From assembly GCA_035286595.1 (NCBI GenBank), contig DATEDA010000158.1, positions 6-64,005 of the forward strand: 64,000 nt of DNA. The letters are read 5' to 3'. The translations under genes were made by a program, and so were the position numbers. Below are positions 29,149 to 38,439 of the stretch, in pieces; positions within the stretch are counted from its first letter, which is position 1; each line of letters begins with the position of its first letter. The DNA comes from Burkholderiales bacterium. Its GTDB lineage: Bacteria > Pseudomonadota > Gammaproteobacteria > Burkholderiales > SG8-39. The notes under the pieces were generated by a model. The model made no database searches. It was not told the origin of the DNA and was given only the letters and a program-made list of their open reading frames with translations.

Positions 29149-31269
29149 TTAATCCTTGACCCGCGCGAGCCGCACGACCTCCGGGATCCGCCGCACCGAC
29201 TTCATCACGCGCGCGAGGTGCAGCCGGTTCTGCACCTGGATCGTGAAGAGCATCGTCCTGTAGAGTCCGCGCTCCTCGTCGATGCTCACGTTGTCGATGT
29301 TCGAGCCGGCTTCGGCGATCGCGGCCGCAACCTTGGCGAGCACGCCGCGCTGGTTCGCGGCGTCGACTTTCACCCCGACGTCGAACGTGCGGTCGGTCTC
29401 CGCGGCCCACTCGACGTCGATCCACTTGTCGGGGTCGCCGCGCGCCTTGGCGGCGGTGGGGCAGTCGTGGGTGTGGACGACGAGCCCCTGTCCTTTCTTG
29501 ATGAAGCCGACGATCGGGTCGCCGGGGATCGGCCTGCAGCACCGCGCGAACTGCACCGCCATCCCTTCGGAGCCGCGGATGACGATCGAGCCCTGGATCT
29601 TTGCGTCGGTCGGCGCGTGGTCGGCGAGCGCCAGGAGCTGACGGGCGACGATCGCCGCGAGCCGCTTGCCAAGACCGATGTCCGCCAGCACTTCCTCGCG
29701 GGACTTCGCGCCCGATTCGCGCACGAGCTTCTCCCAGCGCTCGGGCTCGATCGTCAGCGGATCGGACTCGAGCCCGCGCAGCGCCTGGCCGAGCAGCCGC
29801 TCGCCGAGCGCCGTCGACTCCTCGAACTGCATCGTCTTCAGGAAGTGCCGGATCTGCGAGCGCGCCTTGCCGGTCTTGACGTACGCGAGCCAGGCCGGGT
29901 TCGGGTGGGCGTGCGCCGCGGTGATGATCTCGACGCGGTCGCCGCTCCTCAGCTCGGTCCTGAGCGGCACGAGCTCGTAGTTCACCTTCGCCGCCACGCA
30001 GCGGTTGCCGATGTCGGTGTGTACGGCATACGCGAAATCGACCGCGGTCGCCCCGCGCGGCAGCGCCATGATCTTGCCCTTCGGCGTGAAGAGGTAGACC
30101 TCCTCGGGGAACAGGTCGACCTTGACGTGCTCGAGAAACTCGGCCGAGTCGCCGCTCGCGTTCTGGATGTCGATCAGCGACTGCAGCCACTTGTGCGTGC
30201 GGCTCTGCACCTCGGAGAGCGTGCCCTCCTCGTCCTTGTAGAGCCAGTGCGAGGCGACGCCGGTCTCGGCGATGCGATGCATCTGGTGCGTCCGGACCTG
30301 CACCTCCACCGGCACTCCGTACGGGCCGACCAGCGCGGTGTGCAGCGACTGGTAGCCGTTGACCTTCGGGATCGCGATGTAGTCCTTGAACTTGCCGGGC
30401 ACCGGCTTGTAGAGCCCGTGCAGGACGCCGAGCGCGAGATAGCAGGAGGCCACGTCCTTGACGACGACGCGGAACCCGTAGATGTCGAGCACCTCGGAGA
30501 ACGAGAGCTTCTTCTCGATCATCTTCTTGTAGATCGAGTAGACGTGCTTCTCGCGTCCGGCGGTGGTCGCTTCGATCCCGGCCTCGGTGAGCCGCTTGCC
30601 GATCGCCTCCAGGATCTTGTTCACCACCTCGCGCCGGTTGCCGCGCGCCGCCTTCACGGACTTCGCGAGCACCCGGTAGCGCATCGGGTGGATGTGCTCG
30701 AACCCGAGCTCCTGCAGCTCGCGGTACAGGCCGTCGAGCCCGAGCCGGTTCGCGATCGGCGCGTAGATCTCGAGCGTCTCCTTCGCGACGCGGCGCCGCT
30801 TCTGCGGGTTCACCGCCTCGAGCGTACGCATGTTGTGCAGGCGGTCCGCGAGCTTGATCAGGATGACGCGCACGTCGCGCGCCATCGCGAGCAGCATCTT
30901 GCGGAAGTTCTCGGCCTGCGCGTCCTGCTGCGACTGGAACTCGATCCGGTCGAGCTTCGAGACGCCGTCGACCAGGTCGGCGACCGGTTTGCCGAACCGG
31001 TTCGAGATGTCGTCCTTGGACACGTCGGTGTCCTCGACGACGTCGTGCAGCAGCGCCGCGATCAGGGTCTGGGCGTCGAGCTGCCACTCCGACAGGATCT
31101 CGGCGACCGCGACCGGATGCGAGATGTAGGGCTCGCCGGACTTCCGGTACTGGCCGTGATGGGCGGCGTCGCTGAAGTGGTACGCCTCTTCGAGGCGCGA
31201 GAGGTCGGCGGGCTTGAGGTAGCCGGCGACGCTCTGCCGGAGGACTTCGAGCGGGGCGACCGCGCTCAT
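29149..31269 (-). CDS. spoT: bifunctional (p)ppGpp synthetase/hydrolase
   Basis: 706 aa. An HD domain (HDVVEDT), a RelA/SpoT synthetase domain, and TGS and ACT regions are present. Confidence 0.9.
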   Translation of the reverse strand: MSAVAPLEVLRQSVAGYLKPADLSRLEEAYHFSDAAHHGQYRKSGEPYISHPVAVAEILSEWQLDAQTLIAALLHDVVEDTDVSKDDISNRFGKPVADLVDGVSKLDRIEFQSQQDAQAENFRKMLLAMARDVRVILIKLADRLHNMRTLEAVNPQKRRRVAKETLEIYAPIANRLGLDGLYRELQELGFEHIHPMRYRVLAKSVKAARGNRREVVNKILEAIGKRLTEAGIEATTAGREKHVYSIYKKMIEKKLSFSEVLDIYGFRVVVKDVASCYLALGVLHGLYKPVPGKFKDYIAIPKVNGYQSLHTALVGPYGVPVEVQVRTHQMHRIAETGVASHWLYKDEEGTLSEVQSRTHKWLQSLIDIQNASGDSAEFLEHVKVDLFPEEVYLFTPKGKIMALPRGATAVDFAYAVHTDIGNRCVAAKVNYELVPLRTELRSGDRVEIITAAHAHPNPAWLAYVKTGKARSQIRHFLKTMQFEESTALGERLLGQALRGLESDPLTIEPERWEKLVRESGAKSREEVLADIGLGKRLAAIVARQLLALADHAPTDAKIQGSIVIRGSEGMAVQFARCCRPIPGDPIVGFIKKGQGLVVHTHDCPTAAKARGDPDKWIDVEWAAETDRTFDVGVKVDAANQRGVLAKVAAAIAEAGSNIDNVSIDEERGLYRTMLFTIQVQNRLHLARVMKSVRRIPEVVRLARVKD

Positions 31270-31328
31270 GGGGCTACCTTGTCGCTTCGCGCCAAGGATT
31301 CGCGCTCGGGGCGGCCCGGCGGGCTCAT
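31265..31328 (-). repeat. conserved ~60-nt leader element, copy 2 (abuts the spoT start codon)
   Basis: See 28264..28326. It has the same orientation and the same position relative to the ATG. Confidence 0.6.
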
Positions 31329-31428
31329 TCGACCGCCCTCCGGCAAGCGGTGCGCCCGCACCCGCCCGCCGGCGGCGGTGCGGAACGGCTGGAAGTGGTC
31401 AGCTCACGGGCGCGGTGGTCCAAGTTCG

Positions 31429-31638
31429 CTAGTTCTGGTGCACCTTGCTCAGCATCTCGATCCCGACCTTCCCGGCGGCGACCTCGCGGAGCGCGATCAC
31501 CGTCGGCTTGTCGCGCGTCGATTCGATGAGCGGCGTCCCGCCGTGGGCGAGCTGCCGCGCGCGGTAGGTCGCCGCGAGCGTGAGCTGGAAGCGGTTCGGG
31601 ATCCTGTTCAGGCAATCTTCAACGGTAATGCGGGCCAT
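31429..31638 (-). CDS. rpoZ: DNA-directed RNA polymerase subunit omega
   Basis: [30 protein letters not shown] is the canonical RpoZ N-terminus. Confidence 0.9.
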   Translation of the reverse strand: MARITVEDCLNRIPNRFQLTLAATYRARQLAHGGTPLIESTRDKPTVIALREVAAGKVGIEMLSKVHQN

Positions 31639-31653
31639 GTGCGGTTCCTAGTC

Positions 31654-32262
31654 CTAATTATGCAGTCGGAATAACTCGGGATGGCGCGCGCTCTGGTGCG
31701 CGAGGCGCAGTCTGGAAGCGCGCACGACCGCGTCCAAGTCCCGGCGAGCCTCCTCGAAGTCTTTGTTGATTATAACGAAATCGAACTCGGCCGCGTGGCC
31801 CATTTCTTCCGCGGCGGCCGCCAGCCGCCGCTGGATGGCGTCCTCGGTGTCCTTGCCGCGGGCCCTTAGCCGGCGCTCGAGCTCGGGCCGCGAGGGCGGC
31901 AGGATGAAGATGCCCACCGCGTCCGGGAAGATCCGCCGCACCTGCTGCGCGCCCTGCCAGTCGATCTCGAGCACGATGTCGCGGCCGCGCGCGCGCACGT
32001 CGGCGATCTGCTTTTGCGAGGTCGCGTAGAGATTGCCGTGCACCTCCGCGCTCTCGAGGAACTCGCCCGCCTCGAGCATGCGCTGGAACGTGGCCCGGTT
32101 GACGAAGTGGTACTCGCGACCGTTGACCTCGCCCGCCCGCGCCGCGCGCGTCGTGTACGAGATCGACAGCACGAGTTGCGGATCGTCGGCGAGCACGGCG
32201 TTGACGAGCGAGGACTTGCCCGCGCCGGAGGGCGCCGCGATGATGAAGAGCAGGCCCTGCAT
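31654..32262 (-). CDS. gmk: guanylate kinase
   Basis: P-loop APSGAGKSS is present. 202 aa, in the gmk-rpoZ-spoT order. Confidence 0.9.
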   Translation of the reverse strand: MQGLLFIIAAPSGAGKSSLVNAVLADDPQLVLSISYTTRAARAGEVNGREYHFVNRATFQRMLEAGEFLESAEVHGNLYATSQKQIADVRARGRDIVLEIDWQGAQQVRRIFPDAVGIFILPPSRPELERRLRARGKDTEDAIQRRLAAAAEEMGHAAEFDFVIINKDFEEARRDLDAVVRASRLRLAHQSARHPELFRLHN

Positions 32263-32287
32263 GGCTAGTGAAGGGTGCTGGGTAAAA

Positions 32288-32429
32288 GGTGAAGGGTAAG
32301 GGTGGCGCCCCGGGCCGTCGCCTGCCCGCCTGCGAATCCCGCTATATTCGCATGCGTGTCCCGGTGCGCCGGAGGGCGCGCCGTGGATGAACGTGCGCTA
32401 CTTCTCACCATCCACCCGTCACCCGTCAC
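32288..32429. repeat. intergenic segment bounded by an imperfect ~18-bp inverted repeat (MITE/REP-like)
   Basis: The left arm is GTGAAGGGTAAGGGTGG (32289..). The reverse complement of the right arm is GTGACGGGTGACGGGTGG (..32429), which overlaps the yicC stop codon. A related motif occurs at 44560..44587. Confidence 0.35.
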
Positions 32430-33292
32430 TCGAGGTTCTGCACCTGCTCGCGCATCTGCTCGATGAGGACTTTGAATTCCAGCACCGCGGCCGAAAGCTC
32501 CTTCGACACCGATTTCGCGCCGAGCGTGTTGGCCTCGCGGTTGAGCTCCTGCATCAGGAAGTCGAGGCGCTTCCCGACCGCGCCGCCGGCCGCGAGCACG
32601 CGCTCCACCTCGTCGAGGTGGGCACCAAGCCGCGAGAGCTCCTCGGCGACGTCGATCCGCACGCCGAACACCGCGATCTCCTGCCGGATGCGCTCCTCGT
32701 CGGCGCTCGCGAGCGCTTCGCGCAGCTTCGCGGCGAGCTTCTCGGCGTAGGCGGCGACCGCCTGCGGGACGAGCGGCTCGATCTCGGCGAGCCGGCTGCG
32801 AATCCTGGCGACCCGCTCGCGGATCATCCGCGCGAGCTTCTCGCCTTCGCGGACGCGGGCTGCCGAGAGCTCGGCCAGGGCGGCGCGCATCGCGTCGAGC
32901 GCGGCCTCGCGGAGCGCTTCGGCCGCGGCCGTGTCCTCGCCGAGCACGCCGGGCCAGTGCAGCACCTCGATGACGCGGAGCGGCTGCGCCTCGGGAAGCG
33001 CGCCGCGCACCAGCTGCGACAGGCGCGCGAGACGCGAGAGCACCTCGGTGTTGAGCGCCGCCTCGCCGCGGGCGAGCGGCGAGGCCGTGAATGCGAGGCG
33101 GCAATCGAGCTTGCCCCGCGCCACGCTCGCCATCGCCAGCTCGCGAAGCTGCGGCTCGGCGGACCGCAGCTCCTCCGCGATCCGGAACTGGACGTCGAGA
33201 AACCGGCTGTTGACGCTCTTCAGCTCGAGCGCGAGCGTCCCGGCCGCGAGCTCGCGCGTCGCGGCGGCGTAGCCGGTCATACTGCTCACCAT
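32426..33292 (-). CDS. yicC: YicC family stress-induced protein
   Basis: MVSSMTGYAAATRE matches the canonical YicC N-terminus. AGGA lies about 9 nt upstream of the ATG at 33292. The track start at 33352 is probably too long. Confidence 0.85.
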   Translation of the reverse strand: MVSSMTGYAAATRELAAGTLALELKSVNSRFLDVQFRIAEELRSAEPQLRELAMASVARGKLDCRLAFTASPLARGEAALNTEVLSRLARLSQLVRGALPEAQPLRVIEVLHWPGVLGEDTAAAEALREAALDAMRAALAELSAARVREGEKLARMIRERVARIRSRLAEIEPLVPQAVAAYAEKLAAKLREALASADEERIRQEIAVFGVRIDVAEELSRLGAHLDEVERVLAAGGAVGKRLDFLMQELNREANTLGAKSVSKELSAAVLEFKVLIEQMREQVQNLE

Positions 33293-33489
33293 CGATCGGT
33301 TTCCTCGCTCCAAGAGGCGGGTCGGCGCTTTACTTTGTGCCGAGATACTCACAAAATCAGCCGGCTTCGATCGCTATCTTAAGGGAAGGCGAGAACAAGA
33401 GGGCGACGCCCCTTGTGAATTCGCCGGGTCAGGAACCCGCGAGAAACCAAACAACCGCTCGAACCGAGGTTCCGGGACGCCAGAGGCTC

Positions 33490-34437
33490 ATGCCGTCGCA
33501 AGCGAACATCCCGCTGTTGGAGGGCTACCAGCTCCAGAACTACCGCATCACGAAGGTGCTCTCGGCGGGCGGCTTCTCGATGGTCTACCTGGCGCACGAC
33601 GAAACCGACCAGCCGGTCGCGATCAAGGAGTACCTGCCGAGCTCGCTCGCGCTCCGTCGCGAGGGCGACGTGCTGCCGTCGATCGCCGAGGAAAACCTTG
33701 CGACCTTCCGCTACGGGATGAAGTGCTTCTTCGAGGAGGGTCGCGCGCTCGCCAAGCTCTCGCATCCGAACGTGGTGCGGGTCTTGAACTTCTTCCGCGC
33801 GAACGAGACGGTGTACCTGGTGATGCGTTACGAGCGCGGACGCACGCTGCAGGAGCACATCCAGCACCGGCGCGGCTCGATGAAGGAGAACTTCATCCGC
33901 CGCGTGTTCACCCTGCTCCTCAACGGGCTGCGCGAGGTGCACGCGAACAAGCTGCTCCATCTCGACATCAAGCCGGCGAACATCTACATCCGCAACGACA
34001 TCACCCCGGTGCTGATCGACTTCGGCGCCGCGCGCCAGACGCTCACCGCCGAGGGCTTCAAGCTGAACCCGATGTATACGCCGGGCTTCGCCTCGCCGGA
34101 GCACTATCAGAAGCGCGAGCTCCTCGGGCCGTGGAGCGACATCTATTCGGTGGGCGCGAGCATCTTCGCGTGTCTCGCGGGCGCCGCGCCGCAGGCGGCG
34201 GATCTGCGCACCGAGAAGGATCGCTACGTGTCGGCGACGAGGCTGTTCAACGGCAAGTACTCCAATCAGCTGCTTGAGACGATCGACTGGTGCCTGCAGC
34301 TCGACCACGCGAAGCGGCCGCAGAGCGTGATGGCGCTGCAGAAGGTGCTGCTGCGCGAGCGCGACCCGGAAGGGCCGAGCAAGCGCTCGTTCGTGGCGAA
34401 CCTGCGCGGCACGCTGTTCAAGCTCGCACGACGGTGA
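33490..34437 (+). CDS. Hanks-type serine/threonine protein kinase (kinase domain only, no TM or sensor domain)
   Basis: From ATG MPSQAN. Motifs GGFSMVY, AIKEY, HLDIKPANI, DFGAAR and SPE are present. Confidence 0.85.
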   Translation: MPSQANIPLLEGYQLQNYRITKVLSAGGFSMVYLAHDETDQPVAIKEYLPSSLALRREGDVLPSIAEENLATFRYGMKCFFEEGRALAKLSHPNVVRVLNFFRANETVYLVMRYERGRTLQEHIQHRRGSMKENFIRRVFTLLLNGLREVHANKLLHLDIKPANIYIRNDITPVLIDFGAARQTLTAEGFKLNPMYTPGFASPEHYQKRELLGPWSDIYSVGASIFACLAGAAPQAADLRTEKDRYVSATRLFNGKYSNQLLETIDWCLQLDHAKRPQSVMALQKVLLRERDPEGPSKRSFVANLRGTLFKLARR

Positions 34438-34474
34438 GGGTCGTGGAGCACGCCCGACGGGGAGGGCGACACAG

Positions 34475-35395
34475 ATGAAGTTCTCGATCTACCAGGAAAG
34501 CCGGCAGGGACCGCGAAAGTCCAACCAGGACCGGGTCGCGTACTGCTACAGTCGCGATACGCTCTGCATGACGATTGCCGACGGCATGGGCGGACACCTG
34601 CACGGCGAGGTGGCGGCGCAGATCGCGACCCAGTTCGTCTCGGAGGCGTTCCAGCGCGAGGCGCAGCCGCGCCTCGCCGATCCCTTCAAGTTCCTGCTCG
34701 ACTCGATCACGGCCGCGCACCACGCGATCGTCGACTACGCGAACGTGCGCAGCCTGCTCGAGACGCCGCGCACCACCTGCGTCGCGTGCATCGTGCAGGA
34801 CGGGCTCGCGTACTGGGCGCATGTGGGCGACTCGCGTCTGTACCTCATCCGCAACGGCCGCGTGGAAGCGCAGACGAAGGACCACTCGCGGGTGCAGATC
34901 CTCGTCGACGCTGGGCGGATCCGGGAGGAGGCGGTCGCCGCTCACCCCGACCGCAACAAGATCTTCAACTGTCTCGGGCAGATGGGCCCGCCGCGGGTGG
35001 ACCTGTCGCGCCGGACGGCGCTCCGCGACCAGGACACGCTGCTCCTCTGCTCCGACGGGCTCTGGGGGCCCCTCACGTCGCGGCAGCTCTGCGAGGAACT
35101 GCTCCGCGCCGACATCATGCACGCGATCCCGGTCCTGCTCGACATGGCCGAGGTGCGTGCCGGCAAGGACGGCGACAACGCGTCCGTGGTCGCAATGAAA
35201 TGGGCCGACGAGCTCGAGGGGGCCGGGGCCGACTGGATTTCGACCGTCAGCATGGACCCGACGCATGTGAAGACCACGATCGAGCAGTTCGGACGATCCA
35301 AGCCGCCGCCGGGGCAGACCGGGTACCTCACCGACGACGAGATCGAGCGCGCGATCGACGAGATCCGCAACGCGATCAAGAAGCACTCGAAGTAG
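34475..35395 (+). CDS. PP2C-family serine/threonine phosphatase
   Basis: Motifs ADGMGGH, GDSRLY and CSDGLW are present. Confidence 0.85.
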   Translation: MKFSIYQESRQGPRKSNQDRVAYCYSRDTLCMTIADGMGGHLHGEVAAQIATQFVSEAFQREAQPRLADPFKFLLDSITAAHHAIVDYANVRSLLETPRTTCVACIVQDGLAYWAHVGDSRLYLIRNGRVEAQTKDHSRVQILVDAGRIREEAVAAHPDRNKIFNCLGQMGPPRVDLSRRTALRDQDTLLLCSDGLWGPLTSRQLCEELLRADIMHAIPVLLDMAEVRAGKDGDNASVVAMKWADELEGAGADWISTVSMDPTHVKTTIEQFGRSKPPPGQTGYLTDDEIERAIDEIRNAIKKHSK

Positions 35396-35411
35396 CTCGC
35401 CGTCGCCAGTC

Positions 35412-36128
35412 ATGCGTCCGTCAGGCCGGAAACCCGACGCGCTGCGCCCCGTCCGCATCACCCGCGGCTACACCAAGCACGCCGAAGGCTCGGTGCTCGT
35501 CGAGTTCGGCGACACGAAGGTCGTCTGCACCGCGACCATCGAAGAGCGCGTGCCCCCGTTCCTGAAGGACAAGGGTCAGGGTTGGGTCACGGCCGAGTAC
35601 GGGATGCTCCCGCGCGCGACCAACACGCGCACCGATCGCGAGGCCGCGCGCGGCCGGCAATCGGGGCGGACCCTCGAGATCCAGCGGCTGATCGGTCGCA
35701 GCTTGCGCGCGGTGAGCGATCTCCCGAAGCTCGGTCCCCGGACGATCCAGGTCGACTGCGACGTGCTCCAGGCCGACGGCGGGACGCGCACGGCGAGCAT
35801 CACGGGCAGCTTCGTCGCCCTGCACGATGCGGTGTCGACGCTCGCCGCCCGCGGCCTCGTCGCGACCTCGCCGCTGCGCGACTTCGTCGCCGCGGTGTCC
35901 GTGGGGATCTACCAGGGCACGCCGGTGCTCGATCTCGACTACGCCGAGGACTCCGCGTGCGACACGGACATGAACGTCGTCATGACGGGCGCCGGGCGGT
36001 TCGTCGAGGTCCAGGGGACCGCCGAGGGTGAGCCGTTCACGCGCGCCGAGATCGACGCGCTCCTCGCGCTCGCCGAGCGCGGGATCCGGGAGCTGATCGT
36101 GAAGCAGCGCGCCGCGCTGGGCGTTTGA
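35412..36128 (+). CDS. rph: ribonuclease PH
   Basis: [37 protein letters not shown] is the canonical RNase PH sequence. Confidence 0.9.
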   Translation: MRPSGRKPDALRPVRITRGYTKHAEGSVLVEFGDTKVVCTATIEERVPPFLKDKGQGWVTAEYGMLPRATNTRTDREAARGRQSGRTLEIQRLIGRSLRAVSDLPKLGPRTIQVDCDVLQADGGTRTASITGSFVALHDAVSTLAARGLVATSPLRDFVAAVSVGIYQGTPVLDLDYAEDSACDTDMNVVMTGAGRFVEVQGTAEGEPFTRAEIDALLALAERGIRELIVKQRAALGV

Positions 36129-36135
36129 AGCTTCA

Positions 36136-36726
36136 GTGAAGCAGCTCGTCCTCGCGTCGTCCAACCCTGGCAAGCTCCGCGAATTCGGCGAGCTGCTCGC
36201 ACCGCTCGGGATCGAGGTCGTCGCGCAGGGTGCGCTCGGCGTGCCCGACGCCGAGGAGCCGCACGCGACCTTCGTCGAGAACGCGCTCGCGAAAGCGCGG
36301 AACGCCGCGCGACGCGCGAAGCTGCCGGCGCTCGCCGACGACTCCGGGATCTGCGTCGCGGCGCTCGATGGGGAGCCCGGAGTGCATTCGGCGCGGTTCG
36401 CCGGCGAGCCGAAGTCCGACCAACGCAACAACGAGAGGCTCGTCCGGCTCCTCAAGGACCAGCCCGACCGCCGCGCACACTATTACTGTGTCGTCGTGCT
36501 GGTCCGGCACGCCGACGACCCCGAGCCGCTGATCGCGGAGGGACGCTGGCACGGCGAGGTGATCGACACGCCGCGCGGCGCCGGCGGCTTCGGCTACGAC
36601 CCGCACTTCCTGCTACCCGACCTCGGCCGCACGGCAGCCGAGCTGAGCCCCCACGAGAAGCACGCGGTCAGCCATCGCGGGAAGGCACTGCGGCGGCTGC
36701 TCGCGCTGCTCCGCGAGCAAGCGTGA
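36136..36726 (+). CDS. rdgB: non-canonical purine NTP pyrophosphatase (RdgB/HAM1 family)
   Basis: GTG start. Motifs SSNPGKLREF, ADDSGICV, GFGYDPHF and SHRGKA are present. Confidence 0.9.
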   Translation: MKQLVLASSNPGKLREFGELLAPLGIEVVAQGALGVPDAEEPHATFVENALAKARNAARRAKLPALADDSGICVAALDGEPGVHSARFAGEPKSDQRNNERLVRLLKDQPDRRAHYYCVVVLVRHADDPEPLIAEGRWHGEVIDTPRGAGGFGYDPHFLLPDLGRTAAELSPHEKHAVSHRGKALRRLLALLREQA

Positions 36727-36832
36727 GGCCGGCCCCGCTCGCGCGCGCACCGCAACCGGCGCCGAAGACCGCCACGTCGAATCGAGGTACCGTGACTTAT
36801 CCGCTGGACGCGGATACGCTGCCAGCGTATAG

Positions 36833-37027
36833 TTGTTGCGCAAGCTGCGTGCCGGCCAGGGTGGTCGCGGCAAGCGCGGGGGTGCGCGGGTCATCTACTA
36901 CTGGTGGCGACCCCGCAGCCGCTGCTACCTCGTGTTCGCGTACCCCAAGACCGCGCAACCGGACCTGACGCGGCGTCAGCTCCGTGAGCTCGCGGCAGTG
37001 ATGGATGAGGAGGTTGGGAATGGATGA
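36833..37027 (+). pseudogene. HigB-2/RelE-like toxin, N-terminally truncated fragment
   Basis: LRKLR...GKRGGARVIYYW...YLVFAYPK...DLT..QL matches the C-terminal roughly 60 percent of HigB-2-type toxins. An in-frame TAG lies immediately upstream at 36830..36832, and the 5' sequence shows no homology in any frame. Confidence 0.5.
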
Positions 37028-37313
37028 CGCGATGTTCAAGGATCTCGTGAAGAGCGTGCGTCACCTCGGCGCGCACATGCGCGGCGAGAGGGTGCGCGGG
37101 GCGCGCGTGCGGAGGCTCGCGCAGCCGCGGCTCAAGGCGCTACGCGAGGCCGCCGGCGTCTCGCAGTCCGAGTTCGCGCGTCTGATCGGGGTGCCGGTGA
37201 AGACGCTCCAGAACTGGGAACAGGGACGTACCCACCCGACCGGCCCAGCGCGCGCGCTACTCAAGATCGTCGCCGCCGATCCGAGAGCGGCGATCCGGGC
37301 CTTGCACGCCTGA
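37020..37313 (+). CDS. HigA-2-like HTH (XRE-type) antitoxin
   Basis: ATG MDDAMFKDLVKSV overlaps the toxin 3' end by 8 nt. The HTH reads GVSQSEFARLIGVPVKTLQNWEQGRTHPTGPARALLKIV. Confidence 0.7.
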   Translation: MDDAMFKDLVKSVRHLGAHMRGERVRGARVRRLAQPRLKALREAAGVSQSEFARLIGVPVKTLQNWEQGRTHPTGPARALLKIVAADPRAAIRALHA

Positions 37314-37329
37314 GGCCGCTTGCGTTCGC

Positions 37330-37880
37330 TTGCGTCGCCCGCGTCAGGGGCGGCGCCCCGGCGACCGCGGGGGCCAGAATCACGCCGTCGGTCATACGCC
37401 TGCACGATGCGCTGCCCGAGGCCCGCGAGCCGCAGCTGCCGGTCGTAGCCGCCGAGCGTGCTTCGCGCCGAGAAGCGCTTCTCGCCCGCCTCCATGCGCG
37501 CGACCTCGCACAGCAGTTCCTCGACGACGGCGAGCTGGTCCTCTTAGAGAAGGCTGGCACGGCGCGCGTCCTTCAGCATCACGCTGCGCACGGCCGGCGG
37601 AAGGGTGTCGGCGAAGATGACGTCCACAGGGACGCGTCCTGCCCCCAGCCGAGCTCGACGAGCCCGAGCATCATCTGCCACCTGGTCCGGCGTGGGATTG
37701 CGGCGCATCGCGCCCCGGAGGAAACCTCCGTAGATGACCAGGCGCGTGACGCGCTCGGGATGGCGCGCCGCGTAGGTAATCGCGATCGCGCCGCTCTGCG
37801 AGGCGCCGAACAGCGCGAAGCGCTCGAACCCGGCGGCATCGACCACCGCCTCGAGGTCGGCTACCCAGCGGGCATGGCGC
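37330..37880 (-). pseudogene. alpha/beta hydrolase remnant (truncated, with at least 2 frameshifts and an internal stop)
   Basis: WVADLEAVVDAAGFERFALFGASQSGAIAITYAARHPERVTRLVIYGGFLRG contains a GxSxG elbow. The similarity then continues in another frame (MMLGLVELGWGQDA), returns to the first frame, and hits TAA at 37544..37546. Confidence 0.5.
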
Positions 37881-38077
37881 GCTTGCGCGGATCGGCTCCT
37901 GCAGCCAACTATACCCCTCGGCGCGCGAGCAAACCTCTCATCGATTCAAACGTCTTCCGCCATGCAGCATATCCAAGGGTGGTAATGCCGCGGCGCTTCC
38001 GTTAGAGTCCGCCCGTCACGTTCAAGACAGCAGTACGACGTGGCCCATCATCTCAACTCTTGGGAGGAGTGAATCCG

Positions 38078-38311
38078 ATGAATGGCATAGCAACTGCGAA
38101 AGGCTGGATCGGCGCAATCACGCAGCTGGGGTTGGCGCTTCTCGCGCTCGCCATCGTCGCTTCGATCCTGGTCGGGCCGGACCGCCTTTGGGCCTTCGGA
38201 AACGTGGTCCCGAACCTGATGGCGCTGATCCAAACGCTGGGCGACGGAGGGCTGGCCGGGCTGATCGCGCTCGGCGTCATCCTCTGGCTGTTCTCAAAGC
38301 AGACGGCCTAG
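38078..38311 (+). CDS. small two-TM membrane protein (paralog 1), unknown family
   Basis: ATG lies 8 nt after GGGAGGAG. 77 aa with two hydrophobic helices and a basic tail. Confidence 0.5.
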   Translation: MNGIATAKGWIGAITQLGLALLALAIVASILVGPDRLWAFGNVVPNLMALIQTLGDGGLAGLIALGVILWLFSKQTA

Positions 38312-38388
38312 CTAGCGCAACACGCCGACACCGGCGCGCGGCGACCCGAGCCGAAGAGCACGGTGCCGCGCGTCAAGGCGACTTGGGC

Positions 38389-38405
38389 GGGGAGCGCGGC
38401 TCCCC
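38389..38405 (+). terminator. hairpin between the two small membrane-protein genes (possible attenuator or terminator)
   Basis: GGGGAGC-GCG-GCTCCCC is followed by ACCCCCTTCCTTTTCC. Confidence 0.3.
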
Positions 38406-38439
38406 ACCCCCTTCCTTTTCCGCAATCCGGAGGTGAACC

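Noticed and set aside
31269-31328. A 20-codon upstream ORF inside leader copy 2 (MSPPGRPERESLARSDKVAP), whose TGA overlaps the spoT ATG. This would suggest uORF-coupled translation.
   Set aside because: In copy 1 a 1-nt indel puts the equivalent ATG in a different register. It then reads through into the SDR gene out of frame (track ORF 27646..28326). The peptide is therefore not conserved, and RNA structure is the more parsimonious explanation.
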